A stretch of DNA of 64,000 nucleotides. It comes from Candidatus Microgenomates bacterium. Lineage in GTDB: Bacteria > Patescibacteriota > Microgenomatia > Daviesbacterales > UBA10151. The notes beneath the pieces were generated by a model. It was not told the DNA's origin and searched no databases. It saw only the letters and a list, made by a program, of their open reading frames with translations. Positions 46,421 to 56,808 of this stretch are shown here, in pieces. The stretch's first letter is position 1. The number at the start of each line of letters is the position of its first letter. The position numbers and the translations under genes are program-made. The stretch covers positions 64,502 to 128,501 of the forward strand of contig JACOYE010000008.1 in assembly GCA_016182045.1 (NCBI GenBank), read 5' to 3'.

Positions 46421-47017
46421 GTGAGAAAAGAGCTAATATTAATAGGTCTAGTTCTAGTCAGTATAGTTGTAGTTTCTGCCATTGGCATCTTTCTTTCAAG
46501 AAGAACAAATCCAACTCCCTCTCCCACCCCAAATTCAGGATTAACACTTACCAACCAATTTTTACCCGAGGTCAATACTCAAACCAACTATCCTACTGAG
46601 GTAGGTCCTGATTGGGAAACATACGAAAATACTAAATACGGTTATTCCATCAAATATCCGCCTTTTTGGGCCACCATAATTAATGTCACTCCCACATCTG
46701 GCAAGGAAACTTTGGAAACAGCCACCAGTTTGGATATTTTTGATTCCGCTGCTCAAAAAAGCTATCCGGATGGAGTGATGACCATCCAATACTTATCCAC
46801 TGCGCCCTCCTCGCCTGCCTCCTTTTCCCGATCAGAAATCACTTTAAACGGCCTCAAGGTACAAAAATTTGCGGGTACTGAAGATAACCTTCATATAGAA
46901 ATATATCTTATTCCTTCCGGTGATGACGTTATTGAAATAGAATTCAGATATCTTCCAGAAGATGCTATTGTCCAAACCTTTACCGCCATGCTACAAACCT
47001 TCCAACCAACCAAATAA
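46421..47017 (+). CDS. hypothetical secreted/membrane-anchored protein
   Basis: 198 aa; N-terminal TM anchor, Pro/Thr-rich linker. Confidence 0.45.
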   Translation: MRKELILIGLVLVSIVVVSAIGIFLSRRTNPTPSPTPNSGLTLTNQFLPEVNTQTNYPTEVGPDWETYENTKYGYSIKYPPFWATIINVTPTSGKETLETATSLDIFDSAAQKSYPDGVMTIQYLSTAPSSPASFSRSEITLNGLKVQKFAGTEDNLHIEIYLIPSGDDVIEIEFRYLPEDAIVQTFTAMLQTFQPTK

Positions 47018-47019
47018 TA

Positions 47020-47745
47020 TTAAAAATTAACTCTGATTCTGGCAGATTGAATTTGAATCTCCACCCCCTCTGTGCTTTTAATCTGTAGGGTATATGTCTT
47101 TTTGCCGGAGGGCAAGGTAAAATTGTAGGTGGTCTGCCAACCAAAAGCATCTGAGGTGGTGGAAACTTCCCCCTTGATAGCGCTGGTGTCTGTCACATTA
47201 AATAACCTGGCGTAGGCAGTACCTGACTTTTGGGTCAGTCTAAAATTGACTTCCAGCTGCATGTTGGCATACCCCGGGTATTCAGCTGGATCAATAGTGA
47301 CCAGATAATTAGCATTGCTTGTCCAATCTCTATCTCCACCTCCACCCCCCGAGCCTAAAGGAATATAAGCTGTGGCAGACTTTGAGCTGGTTGATTGGGT
47401 AGTAGTTTCCCCTTTTTCTAAATTTGACACTCTCACTTTAAGCTCTGTGACTACCGCTTCAACTCCTTTTAGTCTTTGATCAAGATTTTGACTTAGGGGG
47501 GCAGCTTTCAGATCGTTAACCTCAGAAACTAAATCGGTGACAGTTTTTTCCAGAGCCTTAACATTATCCTCCACCGAAGCCTCAGGCAAAGTTTTCGGCA
47601 CTTCAATAGGTTCGTCGAAAACTTCCTTAGTAGTTTGGGAAGAAGCAGGAGAAACCACATTGGAACTGGAGACAAAGAATCTAAAATAAATTAGCCCTCC
47701 AGCCAAAACCAAAACCACCAAAAGGGGGAGCAGGATTTTTAACAT
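47020..47745 (-). CDS. hypothetical secreted/membrane-anchored protein (coiled coil + beta-rich C-domain)
   Basis: 241 aa; N-terminal TM anchor; convergent with the previous gene. Confidence 0.45.
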   Translation of the reverse strand: MLKILLPLLVVLVLAGGLIYFRFFVSSSNVVSPASSQTTKEVFDEPIEVPKTLPEASVEDNVKALEKTVTDLVSEVNDLKAAPLSQNLDQRLKGVEAVVTELKVRVSNLEKGETTTQSTSSKSATAYIPLGSGGGGGDRDWTSNANYLVTIDPAEYPGYANMQLEVNFRLTQKSGTAYARLFNVTDTSAIKGEVSTTSDAFGWQTTYNFTLPSGKKTYTLQIKSTEGVEIQIQSARIRVNF

Positions 47746-47842
47746 AATCTAACAATAACAACTTTAAAACAATCTTTCAAATGAAGAAGTAGCTTAGCTG
47801 TCTCTCTTTACACATCCCCAAACTCTAGGTTAAGATAAAATT

Positions 47843-49135
47843 ATGCCCCTGAAGCCAGAACCAAAACATGATCATGGAATTTTAAAATTCCCTCAAGGTT
47901 TCCTATGGGGAGCAGCCACCTCTGCCCACCAGGTGGAGGGTAATAATGTCCATAATGACTGGTGGGCATGGGAGCAGGGCAAGCCCTTTGACTTACGCTC
48001 AGGGCAAGCCTGCGATCAGTATCATCTCTATGAACAGGATTTTGATCTGGCCAAATCCTTAAATCACAATGCTCACCGCTTATCCATTGAATGGTCAAGG
48101 ATAGAACCTCATGAAGGTCAGTTCAATGAGAAGGAAATTGAACACTACAAAAAGGTCTTAAAAGCCTTAAAGCAGCGCGGTTTCACGGTGATGCTGACCC
48201 TTTGGCACTTTACCCTACCAAAGTGGGTGGCAGATGAGGGAGGCTGGGAAAACGGCCAAACTGTTAAGTATTTTGAGAGATTTGTGCGCAAAATTGTACC
48301 GGAGATTGCAGACTATGTTGACTTATGGGTGACCATCAATGAACCGGGTGTTTATATTTATGAAACTTATATAGCCAGGCAGTGGCCTAATGCCAAAAGG
48401 AGTCTTTGGGGACAAATCAAATCCTTTCTTAATTTGGCTTCGGCCCACAAAAAGGTGTACAATTTTTTGCATCAAAGTTTCCCGGCGGGCAAACCAGTCG
48501 GTATGGCCAACAATATCCTATCTTTTGAACCTTATCACAAACACTCCATCATAGAACAACTGGCTGTTTCCTTAAATGATATCTTTATCAATCATTTATT
48601 CTATTTCTTAACAGGCAAGACTCATGATTTTTTGGGAATAAATTACTACTTTCACGTCCGTTTTAAACACAGAATGCTACTGCCTCAAGCCGTAAACACC
48701 ACGGCTCAAACTCATGACATTTCCGATTTAGGCTGGGAGGTTTTTCCGGAAGGTATTTTTGATGTTTTAACCGATCTGTCTGATGATCTGCCCATTTATA
48801 TTACAGAGTGTGGCATAGCTTCCACCAATGATGATAGAAGAAATAGGTTTTTAATCACCTATTTGCAGGAAGTGGCCAGAGCCATCAAAGTGGGGGTAAA
48901 TGTGAGAGGCTTTTTCTATTGGTCTTTGATTGATAATTTTGAATGGCAGATGGGATTTGAACCCAGATTCGGCCTTGTTGAAGTAGATTATCAAACACAG
49001 CAAAGAATCATCCGTCCTTCTGCCAAAGTTTATGCTGAGATTATTGCCAGAGGGGGCATCCCTCATAATTTGATGCGGTTTATCGGACACACAGTTACAG
49101 CTAAAGAAGTTCTGGCCAGAAAATCCCATCCATGA
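47843..49135 (+). CDS. GH1-family beta-glucosidase
   Basis: 430 aa; FLWGAATSAHQVEG N-terminal signature, TINEPGV acid/base, YITECG nucleophile region. Confidence 0.85.
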   Translation: MPLKPEPKHDHGILKFPQGFLWGAATSAHQVEGNNVHNDWWAWEQGKPFDLRSGQACDQYHLYEQDFDLAKSLNHNAHRLSIEWSRIEPHEGQFNEKEIEHYKKVLKALKQRGFTVMLTLWHFTLPKWVADEGGWENGQTVKYFERFVRKIVPEIADYVDLWVTINEPGVYIYETYIARQWPNAKRSLWGQIKSFLNLASAHKKVYNFLHQSFPAGKPVGMANNILSFEPYHKHSIIEQLAVSLNDIFINHLFYFLTGKTHDFLGINYYFHVRFKHRMLLPQAVNTTAQTHDISDLGWEVFPEGIFDVLTDLSDDLPIYITECGIASTNDDRRNRFLITYLQEVARAIKVGVNVRGFFYWSLIDNFEWQMGFEPRFGLVEVDYQTQQRIIRPSAKVYAEIIARGGIPHNLMRFIGHTVTAKEVLARKSHP

Positions 49136-50973
49136 ATCATATCCCTTTTACCATTCTTGCATACTTTTTAAACAGTGTCTCAGTCACCATTAACAAACTG
49201 ATCTTGGTTAAATCCCTGATCGATCCCCTAATTTATATCTTCTACATCAGTTTAGTCTCTCTTTTGGCCATACTGATCCTGCCTTTTACCAAAATACCCT
49301 CTCCTTTAGTGTTTATCTTATCATCCCAGTCAACTTTGCTTTGGACTGGGGGAGCATATTTTATGTTCAAGGCCTTAAGGTCGGGTCAAGTCCAAAGAGT
49401 CATCCCGGCAATTGGTACCCTCACCCCTTTAATTTTACTGATGATGACCTCCTTCACGGAAAAACTGTCCCTTAATCAAATTTGGGCAGTGGGATTTTTA
49501 ATTGCCGGACTTATCTTTTTAACCATGGGCGACTGGAAGGGCAAACTCACTCTTTGGGAAATTGCTTTTGAGGTAATCTCCTCATTCCTTTTTGCCATCT
49601 CATATATCCTTCTTCGCCAAGCTTATCTTCTGGAGAATTTCCTGACAGTTTTGGTGTGGTCCAGACTGATCTTGGTGCCTCTGGGGTTGGTCATCTTGTT
49701 AACTCCCCTCTTAAGAAGAAAAATTTTTCAGTCGGGCTCTCATCCTCTGTCTCTGGCCGGCAAGATGGGGCTTATTTTTATTGTTGGACAAATCTTCGGT
49801 GGCGCCTCAGAACTACTTTTAACTTTCTCTATCTCTCTTGCTAATCCTGCCTTGGTCAACTCCCTTCAGGGCACCCAGTACATCTTTCTACTTATCTTTG
49901 TTTTGGTTTTATCCAAAAAATTTCCCGATGTATTTAAAAAAGAACGTGCCCTTTTCTTTTTGGCCAAGCTGGTCGGTATCGTTTTAATAGTATCCGGTCT
50001 TTATATCTTGGCTTTTTCTCCTACCAGCGGCACCGCAAAGGTTGACCAATTACCCAAATGGGGCTTAAGCTTTTCTCCCAGATATGCTAAGTCTCTGGGA
50101 CTTGATCCTGAGATCGTCTATCTTAATGTGCTTAATGAGCTGAAGGTGAAAAGATTAAGGCTGCCTGTTTATTGGGATGAAGTGGAAATTTACCCGGATC
50201 AGTTTAACTTCTCCGCTTTAGACTTTTACCTTAATGAGGCTTTAAAGAAAAAGGTGGAGATAATCTTGGTGGTGGGATATAAACAGCCCAGATGGCCGGA
50301 ATGCTACCCACCTTCCTGGGTCAATAGTTTAACCGGTTCGGAAAAGAAGATGAGAGTTCTGAAACTTTTAAAGGGGGAAATTTTATATTTCAAACAATTT
50401 ACCAATATCACTACCTGGCAGGTGGAGAATGAGCCTCTTTTTAACTGGGGCATTTGTGACCCTGAGCTTAGGGATGGGCAATTCCTCAAACAGGAAATTG
50501 ATTTGGTTAAAGCTCTCGACCAAAGACCCATTTTAATAACAGATGCCGGGGAGTTATCTTTGTGGATCGATCCCATCAAATTGTCCGATCTTTTCGGCAC
50601 CACACTTTACAGGCAGGTTTGGTCCCCCTACTTTGGGCAGCTAACTTATCCCTTACCGCCGATCTTTTATACCTTAAAGGATAATTTGGTTCGCATCTTC
50701 TCCGCAAATAAAGACAGCACGACCATCATCTCCGAACTTCAGGCAGAACCCTGGTTGGCCCGGGGTGTCACCATCACCGAGGTCAGTGCAGCAAAGCTTA
50801 ATAAACAGCTGCCTATCAACAAACTTAAAGGCAATTTTGAATATGCCAAAGAGACCAATTTTCCTCAAATTTATTTGTGGGGAGCGGAATGGTGGTATTA
50901 TATGGAGAAACAAGGCTATCCCCAGTACCTGGAATATGCCAAGACAATTTTTAGTAATGATTCACAAAATTAG
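49132..50973 (+). CDS. fusion protein: DMT/EamA-like 10-TM domain + C-terminal TIM-barrel glycoside hydrolase (GH5-like)
   Basis: 613 aa; C-domain …VYWDEVE…, …WQVENEP… (GH5-type NEP acid/base), …ITDAGE…. Confidence 0.55.
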   Translation: MNHIPFTILAYFLNSVSVTINKLILVKSLIDPLIYIFYISLVSLLAILILPFTKIPSPLVFILSSQSTLLWTGGAYFMFKALRSGQVQRVIPAIGTLTPLILLMMTSFTEKLSLNQIWAVGFLIAGLIFLTMGDWKGKLTLWEIAFEVISSFLFAISYILLRQAYLLENFLTVLVWSRLILVPLGLVILLTPLLRRKIFQSGSHPLSLAGKMGLIFIVGQIFGGASELLLTFSISLANPALVNSLQGTQYIFLLIFVLVLSKKFPDVFKKERALFFLAKLVGIVLIVSGLYILAFSPTSGTAKVDQLPKWGLSFSPRYAKSLGLDPEIVYLNVLNELKVKRLRLPVYWDEVEIYPDQFNFSALDFYLNEALKKKVEIILVVGYKQPRWPECYPPSWVNSLTGSEKKMRVLKLLKGEILYFKQFTNITTWQVENEPLFNWGICDPELRDGQFLKQEIDLVKALDQRPILITDAGELSLWIDPIKLSDLFGTTLYRQVWSPYFGQLTYPLPPIFYTLKDNLVRIFSANKDSTTIISELQAEPWLARGVTITEVSAAKLNKQLPINKLKGNFEYAKETNFPQIYLWGAEWWYYMEKQGYPQYLEYAKTIFSNDSQN

Positions 50974-51128
50974 TTCCATTTAGTTAATCTGACATTATTT
51001 GATATTATTTGATACTAAAAGAGATACTTTATACGCACATAAGAATTATTTAAAATAAGCTTGCTGATTCAGTTCGCTATTCTTGCCCGGATCAAAGTCA
51101 AATCTTTTGTTTAACCAAAGAGTCAATC

Positions 51129-53390
51129 ATGGCAAGGAAAAGAGCAGGCACAACCAGTTTAACACCTTATCCTCTCAAGGTTGTCCTTCTTTTGATTCAA
51201 TTTATCCTGGTTAAGATTGGTTCCATACCCCTAAATATTGTTAAGTCTTTTATTAACATTATTAATATCTTTATAAAATCACTTCTTAATTTGAAATTAT
51301 CTCGCCACCGTGGCCGGCCCAGAACTACTCCCTTTATTCCCTTTTATTTAAGAAGGCTGAATAAAAATATTTGGGCCAAAATCCCATTGAAAATTAAAGC
51401 CTCTTTTGCCTTTATCATTTTGGTAACCTTAGTCTTTTTATACACCTCATTCATCTTAACTGCAGCATACCAGCTTCCCTCTCCTGACAGGTTGATCACT
51501 CCCCAGCAACCACTCACCACCGAGTTTTATGATCGAAGTGGAAAATTGCTTTACCGTCTTTATGAAGGCAGAAACCGCTACTTAGTCAAACTGGAAGATT
51601 TACCTGTCTTTCTTATTCAAGCCACCATTGCCATTGAGGACAAAAACTTTTACCGCCATCCCGGGTTTGATCCATTGGCCATAGCCAGAGCAGTCTATTA
51701 TAATGTCGCCCAAGGCTACCAAGAAGGAGCATCGACCATCACCCAACAACTGATCAAAAATAGCCTGCTGACGCCCGAAAAGACTATTTCCAGAAAAATT
51801 AAAGAGATCATATTGGCTTTTTGGGCGGAAAGGATCTATTCCAAAAATCAAATTCTTCAGATGTATTTTAATGAAGCTCCGTACGGTGGGCCTGCCTGGG
51901 GCATTGAAGCTGCCTCGCAAACTTATTTTGGTAAAGGGGCCAAAGATCTAGATCTTTCGGAAAGTGCTTTTTTGGCAGGACTACCTGCCTCCCCCACCCA
52001 GTTTTCCCCTTATGGTACAAACCCAACTCTTTCAAAAATCAGGCAGGAACAGGTTCTACAAAGAATGCTGGAAGAAGGATATATAACCCAAACCCAAAAA
52101 GAGCAGGCTTTAAGTCAGCCTTTGGCCTTAAGGCCGCCTGTTAACAATATCCAGGCTCCTCACTTTGTATTTTATGTACGAGATTTATTGGCTCAAAAAT
52201 ATGGACTGAGGGTAATATCTCAAGGGGGACTTAAAATCCAAACCAGCCTGGATTTGTCCTTACAACAAGAGGTGGAAAAAATTGTCTCTTCCGAAATTGA
52301 CAAATTATCTGCTTTAAATGTCAAAAATGGGGCTGCCATGGTTTTGGATGCCAAAACAGGCCAGATTTTGGCTATGATGGGATCAAGAGATTACCGTTAT
52401 CCCGGATTTGGCAACTTTAATGTTACCTTGGCCATCAGACAGCCAGGCTCATCTATCAAACCTATCACCTACGCTACTGCATTTAAAAAGGGATTCTCGC
52501 CCGGAAATACCATCTTAGATACCCCAGCTGTTTTTAAGGATCAATGGGGTAATTCTTATGCACCTGTAAATTATGATGGCAGATTCAGAGGCCCTGTCTC
52601 TATCCGTCAAGCTTTGGCCAGCTCATTTAATGTGCCGGCTGTCAAAATGCTTGCCACAATTGGCCTGGATAGCATGATTCAAACAGCCAAAGATTTGGGG
52701 ATTACCACTTTTGATGATTCTTCTCGCTTTGGTCTATCCTTAACTTTGGGTGGAGGGGATGTCAGGATGATTGATATGATGGGGGTTTATGCCACCCTTT
52801 CTCAACTGGGAGTTTACAAAAAACCTACTCCAATTATTAAAGTTACAGATTCTTCCGGCAATATCTTGGAGGAGTACAAAGATGAGGGCAAACAAGTTCT
52901 AGAAGAAGGTGTTGTCTATCTTATTACCAATATCTTGTCCGATGATCGGGCCCGCAGTTTAGCTTTCGGATCCAATTCCCTTCTTAATTTAGGACCAAAC
53001 GTGGCTGTTAAAACCGGTACTTCTGATAAGAAAAGGGATAATTTGACTTTTGGATACACAACTGATTTTGTGGTTGGGGTTTGGGTTGGTAATCCTGATA
53101 ACTCCCCCATGAATCCCCAACTGACCTCTGGTATTACCGGTGCTGCTCCGATTTGGAATAAGATTGCCAAAATAATGCTTTCCAAAATTCCGAGTAAAGC
53201 ATTTACTCGACCGGAGGGAATTATTGAAATTTCGGTTGATGGCAGAAAAGATTTGGCTATTGCCGGAAATATTCCCAAAGGTTTGGTTAGGGTCAAACCT
53301 GAAGGTGACAAACTGATCTTCTCGGACTCTTTCTCCTCTTATGCCACTTCCTCAGCCCAAGCTGCCATAAAAAATGGACTTACCAATTAA
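51129..53390 (+). CDS. class A penicillin-binding protein (bifunctional GT51 transglycosylase / transpeptidase)
   Basis: 753 aa; GT51 motifs (IAIEDKNFYRHPG, …TITQQL…), transpeptidase SSIKP / SFN / KTGT. Confidence 0.85.
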   Translation: MARKRAGTTSLTPYPLKVVLLLIQFILVKIGSIPLNIVKSFINIINIFIKSLLNLKLSRHRGRPRTTPFIPFYLRRLNKNIWAKIPLKIKASFAFIILVTLVFLYTSFILTAAYQLPSPDRLITPQQPLTTEFYDRSGKLLYRLYEGRNRYLVKLEDLPVFLIQATIAIEDKNFYRHPGFDPLAIARAVYYNVAQGYQEGASTITQQLIKNSLLTPEKTISRKIKEIILAFWAERIYSKNQILQMYFNEAPYGGPAWGIEAASQTYFGKGAKDLDLSESAFLAGLPASPTQFSPYGTNPTLSKIRQEQVLQRMLEEGYITQTQKEQALSQPLALRPPVNNIQAPHFVFYVRDLLAQKYGLRVISQGGLKIQTSLDLSLQQEVEKIVSSEIDKLSALNVKNGAAMVLDAKTGQILAMMGSRDYRYPGFGNFNVTLAIRQPGSSIKPITYATAFKKGFSPGNTILDTPAVFKDQWGNSYAPVNYDGRFRGPVSIRQALASSFNVPAVKMLATIGLDSMIQTAKDLGITTFDDSSRFGLSLTLGGGDVRMIDMMGVYATLSQLGVYKKPTPIIKVTDSSGNILEEYKDEGKQVLEEGVVYLITNILSDDRARSLAFGSNSLLNLGPNVAVKTGTSDKKRDNLTFGYTTDFVVGVWVGNPDNSPMNPQLTSGITGAAPIWNKIAKIMLSKIPSKAFTRPEGIIEISVDGRKDLAIAGNIPKGLVRVKPEGDKLIFSDSFSSYATSSAQAAIKNGLTN

Positions 53391-53415
53391 GATATGATAT
53401 AAAGATTCGACTCTT

Positions 53416-54567
53416 ATGATGAGTCGCATTGAAGCAAAAGGGGGATCTTCCTCCTTGATTAGGTCAATTCAAGCAGGTCTTGGAAGAGGACTTAATTTGA
53501 TAGGTGCCTGGAAAGGATCTCTTTTGAATTCGGAGATTGCTCATACGGTTCTACTCCCCTCTCAACCAAATATTTCAAAATATATACAACAAGTGGAAGC
53601 AGAAGAGGTTATCCTCAATCAGGGAAGTATTGAAATTATAGAAAGATTGGTTGGGCATCCTTTAGATCGAGGGCGGTACCGACAATTGAAACAACTTTTG
53701 GGTGGTAAAAAATCCAACTATCAAAGGATGGAAAAAGACGCTGTTGTTGAAGTCAGACTAATAGATGGTGTGGATATTGCCCGCATTCCCTCTCTTTTCC
53801 CTTTTCCTGAAGAGTTACCCAAAGTAGTAGCTATTACCAGCTTTGACTATTTACTGTCCGATGTTTATCTACATCATTCATTCTCAACTGTAACTTTGGG
53901 AGGTGAACCATTATCTTTATGGGATGATGAGGGTAAAGCATATCCACCTGATGATCTTTTAAAAGATTCTATTGAAGCACTCTATCCAGGAGATTCTATA
54001 AAATTTTCCAACGGTGATGGCTTAACTATGACCACAACAATACTGCCAATACAAGAAGGCAAGCCTATGCCACAATTTGTTTTGGCAGTTGAAAAAAATA
54101 GGGCAGCAAATTTCCAAGCTACAATTGCTGAAGCAAGAAGGAGAGATCTTGCAATCTTATGGAAGGTAAAAGAAGCACATTTGGGGCTGATGGAAGCGCT
54201 ATTTTGGCGAGACCTGAACGATCCGACAAAGCGGGTTTTCATTCAAGATAGAAGCGGCAATCAAACCACCTTTGATAATAAGGAGCTAGGACGATTCCGG
54301 TTTGCCCGCGAAATTGTGCATGGAACATTTGATAGCGTGATTGAATATACCAGAGGAGACCTCGAAGAAGAGTGGCAAAAGGATATGCAGGCTATTAAAA
54401 CGAATGATCCTTTTCCCCGCCACTTTAGACTGCTCACTGTTGGGATTGGTGATAATTATGAAACAGGAAGATCCCTTGCGAAGTACGCTTTGGCTAAAGT
54501 TGAAGGTAAATACATCATCCAGTGTCCACCAGTGGCAGTGACATTTTCTTATAACCAAACTAGATAG
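53416..54567 (+). CDS. hypothetical protein
   Basis: 383 aa; no recognisable family. Confidence 0.45.
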   Translation: MMSRIEAKGGSSSLIRSIQAGLGRGLNLIGAWKGSLLNSEIAHTVLLPSQPNISKYIQQVEAEEVILNQGSIEIIERLVGHPLDRGRYRQLKQLLGGKKSNYQRMEKDAVVEVRLIDGVDIARIPSLFPFPEELPKVVAITSFDYLLSDVYLHHSFSTVTLGGEPLSLWDDEGKAYPPDDLLKDSIEALYPGDSIKFSNGDGLTMTTTILPIQEGKPMPQFVLAVEKNRAANFQATIAEARRRDLAILWKVKEAHLGLMEALFWRDLNDPTKRVFIQDRSGNQTTFDNKELGRFRFAREIVHGTFDSVIEYTRGDLEEEWQKDMQAIKTNDPFPRHFRLLTVGIGDNYETGRSLAKYALAKVEGKYIIQCPPVAVTFSYNQTR

Positions 54568-54583
54568 CTATTTCGGGTCCTCT

Positions 54584-54612
54584 TGACAATCTAATTGGCA
54601 TCTATTACCATT
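54584..54612 (+). promoter_or_regulatory. sigma70-like promoter (TTGACA-17-TACCAT) placing the TSS at the ATG of the next ORF (leaderless)
   Basis: read directly. Confidence 0.35.
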
Positions 54613-54618
54613 GGGAAA

Positions 54619-54921
54619 ATGTCAAATCCAGAAACAGGGTTTCAAGATGGTGATGATGGTGATTTAAATTTTGCAGAAGCTCTTGAACGATATCTCTCCC
54701 TTCCAGGTGATGAACCTCCAAAAGATCCTAGTGAGCCCGGTCCAACAAGGGTGGAGAAATTACCTGCCGGAAATTTTAAAACAAATCCAGATCGATTTTC
54801 TGTACGCCCGGGTGGTGATATCACCAGAAGGAAAATAACAGGAGGCCCTAGTAGAATAAGACCAGGTATACCTCATCGCCTAAGGCGAGATAGAGGCAGG
54901 CAAAATTCTTTTGATTATTAG
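54619..54921 (+). CDS. hypothetical Pro/Gly/Arg-rich protein
   Basis: ATG-initiated form of ORF 54595-54921; GC-rich; no family. Confidence 0.35.
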   Translation: MSNPETGFQDGDDGDLNFAEALERYLSLPGDEPPKDPSEPGPTRVEKLPAGNFKTNPDRFSVRPGGDITRRKITGGPSRIRPGIPHRLRRDRGRQNSFDY

Positions 54922-54933
54922 AATTGGAACATT

Positions 54934-55335
54934 TTAATTTAACACCACCCAGCCTCTTAAATCCTTTTTGGGGATTTTTACAGGTGAGGTAATAAAGCGG
55001 GAAGATTCTCCGATAAAGATTAAGGTACCGTAGCGGGAGTCCGCCTTTTTCTTCCAGTAGGTTTCATCTACAGCCAGTCTCTTTCCATATTTTCCCCTGA
55101 TTTCCCTAATATCCCCTAAATCCAGCCCATCATAAAAGATCACTTTTTTTACTCTAAATTGGCCAATTATATCTCCTCCTGAAGGTTTTATATAAACCAG
55201 ATCTCTGGCAGAAATTTGTCCGAAAGGAGGATCACGTCTTTTAGAAAATCTACTTTCTATAGTCTTTTTACCGGAAAGTATTAAACTCCCCCCTTCCCCC
55301 TTAAAAATAGCCAGATGTTTCCCCATTTGGGGCAA
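54934..55335 (-). CDS. ASCH (PUA-like) domain protein
   Basis: 133 aa; …HLAIFKGEGGSLILSGKKTIESRFSK… matches the ASCH N-terminal pattern. Confidence 0.45.
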   Translation of the reverse strand: MPQMGKHLAIFKGEGGSLILSGKKTIESRFSKRRDPPFGQISARDLVYIKPSGGDIIGQFRVKKVIFYDGLDLGDIREIRGKYGKRLAVDETYWKKKADSRYGTLIFIGESSRFITSPVKIPKKDLRGWVVLN

Positions 55336-55387
55336 TTATAGCATTAAGTAATGACTTGTAAATCTATCTAATCTACTATAGAATCTG

Positions 55388-55909
55388 TTGCAAATGGCAG
55401 AGACTCCATGGAGAAATACTTCGCTTCTTTCTAGGGAAAGAGAGGTCGCAATGAATCCTTCGGATAACCATCATCCAACTCCCCTGCTTGACCATACTCA
55501 ACCACTTACCTTTACTCCTGAGGATGCCTTATATCTGGGGCAGTTGCTTCTCGTTGATAGATTCGGGGAGAAAGAGTGGCAACTAAAACAACTAAAAATA
55601 AATTTATCTGAGTTGGAGCGAATGAAAATTAGAGCTTTGGTGGAAAGACCAGGGGATATTAATATTGACGCTTATTTTGATCCTGAAGGATATTTTAACT
55701 CGCAATGGAAAGGTAGAATACCCGATTTATTAACCCGCTTTGCCGCATTTAATGCTGATGAGCGTCAAGTTTTTTTGGAAAATAATCAAAATGCCCAATT
55801 GATGCTGGGACCTTTATCTCATCTTTCTTTAGGAGAACTGCGATTTTGGCACCAGATCTCGCATAATGATCTTGAATTGGATAGACGTACTAATGAATCT
55901 TCACGCTAA
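55388..55909 (+). CDS. hypothetical protein
   Basis: 173 aa; no family. Confidence 0.4.
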   Translation: MQMAETPWRNTSLLSREREVAMNPSDNHHPTPLLDHTQPLTFTPEDALYLGQLLLVDRFGEKEWQLKQLKINLSELERMKIRALVERPGDINIDAYFDPEGYFNSQWKGRIPDLLTRFAAFNADERQVFLENNQNAQLMLGPLSHLSLGELRFWHQISHNDLELDRRTNESSR

Positions 55910-55945
55910 ATCCAAAGTTGTTTTAAACCCTATCCCTACCCTATT

Positions 55946-56392
55946 TTATTTGGAAGTATCAACAGAACCATTTTCTGTATGTCCATTAGATGAAAACTGT
56001 CCATTCTTATTAAAGACAATGTGCTCCATTTGTCTCATGAGCTGTTTTGCCATAGGATATACAGGGAGATAAACATCGTTTAGTATAACACCTGTCCAGC
56101 ATCCTACCCGTTCAATTATGTCCTTAAATTCTTCTTCTTTAATCTTATCCTGCTCAGTAATATCACCGCCAGCAGCTACACGATCCCACCCTTTTGCTAA
56201 AGCAATTACGTTCTCAAGTACTTCTTCTCTCCGATGTGGCTTAGATCCATTTTGATATGGCCATTCGTTATATGACTCTTCTGAACTTTGTTTCTCTAAT
56301 TCTATGCTGGCCAAAGACCGATTAATACCTTCTTTATTCTCTGTACGCATAGTACCCATATGAGCACCTATCTTTACTATAGGATAATACAA
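55946..56392 (-). CDS. hypothetical protein
   Basis: 148 aa; no family. Confidence 0.4.
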   Translation of the reverse strand: MYYPIVKIGAHMGTMRTENKEGINRSLASIELEKQSSEESYNEWPYQNGSKPHRREEVLENVIALAKGWDRVAAGGDITEQDKIKEEEFKDIIERVGCWTGVILNDVYLPVYPMAKQLMRQMEHIVFNKNGQFSSNGHTENGSVDTSK

Positions 56393-56489
56393 TTATACTC
56401 CCTCTTGTCAAGAAATGCAAATTTAGTAGGTTTTTATATGATGTAATACGAATTTTGAGACCTTTTAAAAAGCCCAAAATGGAGGATAT

Positions 56490-56780
56490 TTGTTGTATAC
56501 TATAAGTATGACTGAGTTAGCGAAATTTTATCCATCAGAACAAAACTTGGGGAAGAATTGCAGTTTTTGGGATTTGAAAGGAAGATTTGCCGGTTGCAAC
56601 TTTCCTAGAGTAGAAATGCAGGGAAGAACCAGTTGCGAGAGGATGATTGATGATGTGTGTTTATTACTAAAAGACGGTCGCAGACCCTCCAGTTTAACTG
56701 AGGAGCAAATCAGAGAATTAAAGTTGAGAATACCTAAGTTTGATGAAAAACACTATATTCCCCCTGGGGATATTTCCTGA
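56490..56780 (+). CDS. hypothetical Cys-containing small protein
   Basis: 96 aa; C…GC…C…C spacing could bind metal. Confidence 0.35.
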   Translation: MLYTISMTELAKFYPSEQNLGKNCSFWDLKGRFAGCNFPRVEMQGRTSCERMIDDVCLLLKDGRRPSSLTEEQIRELKLRIPKFDEKHYIPPGDIS

Positions 56781-56808
56781 ATCCACTGATATTTAGTATA
56801 ATTTATGA

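Noticed and set aside
47841-48098. 85-aa minus-strand ORF and 48851-49129 minus-strand ORF
   Set aside because: They are antisense to the GH1 beta-glucosidase, which has unambiguous family signatures.
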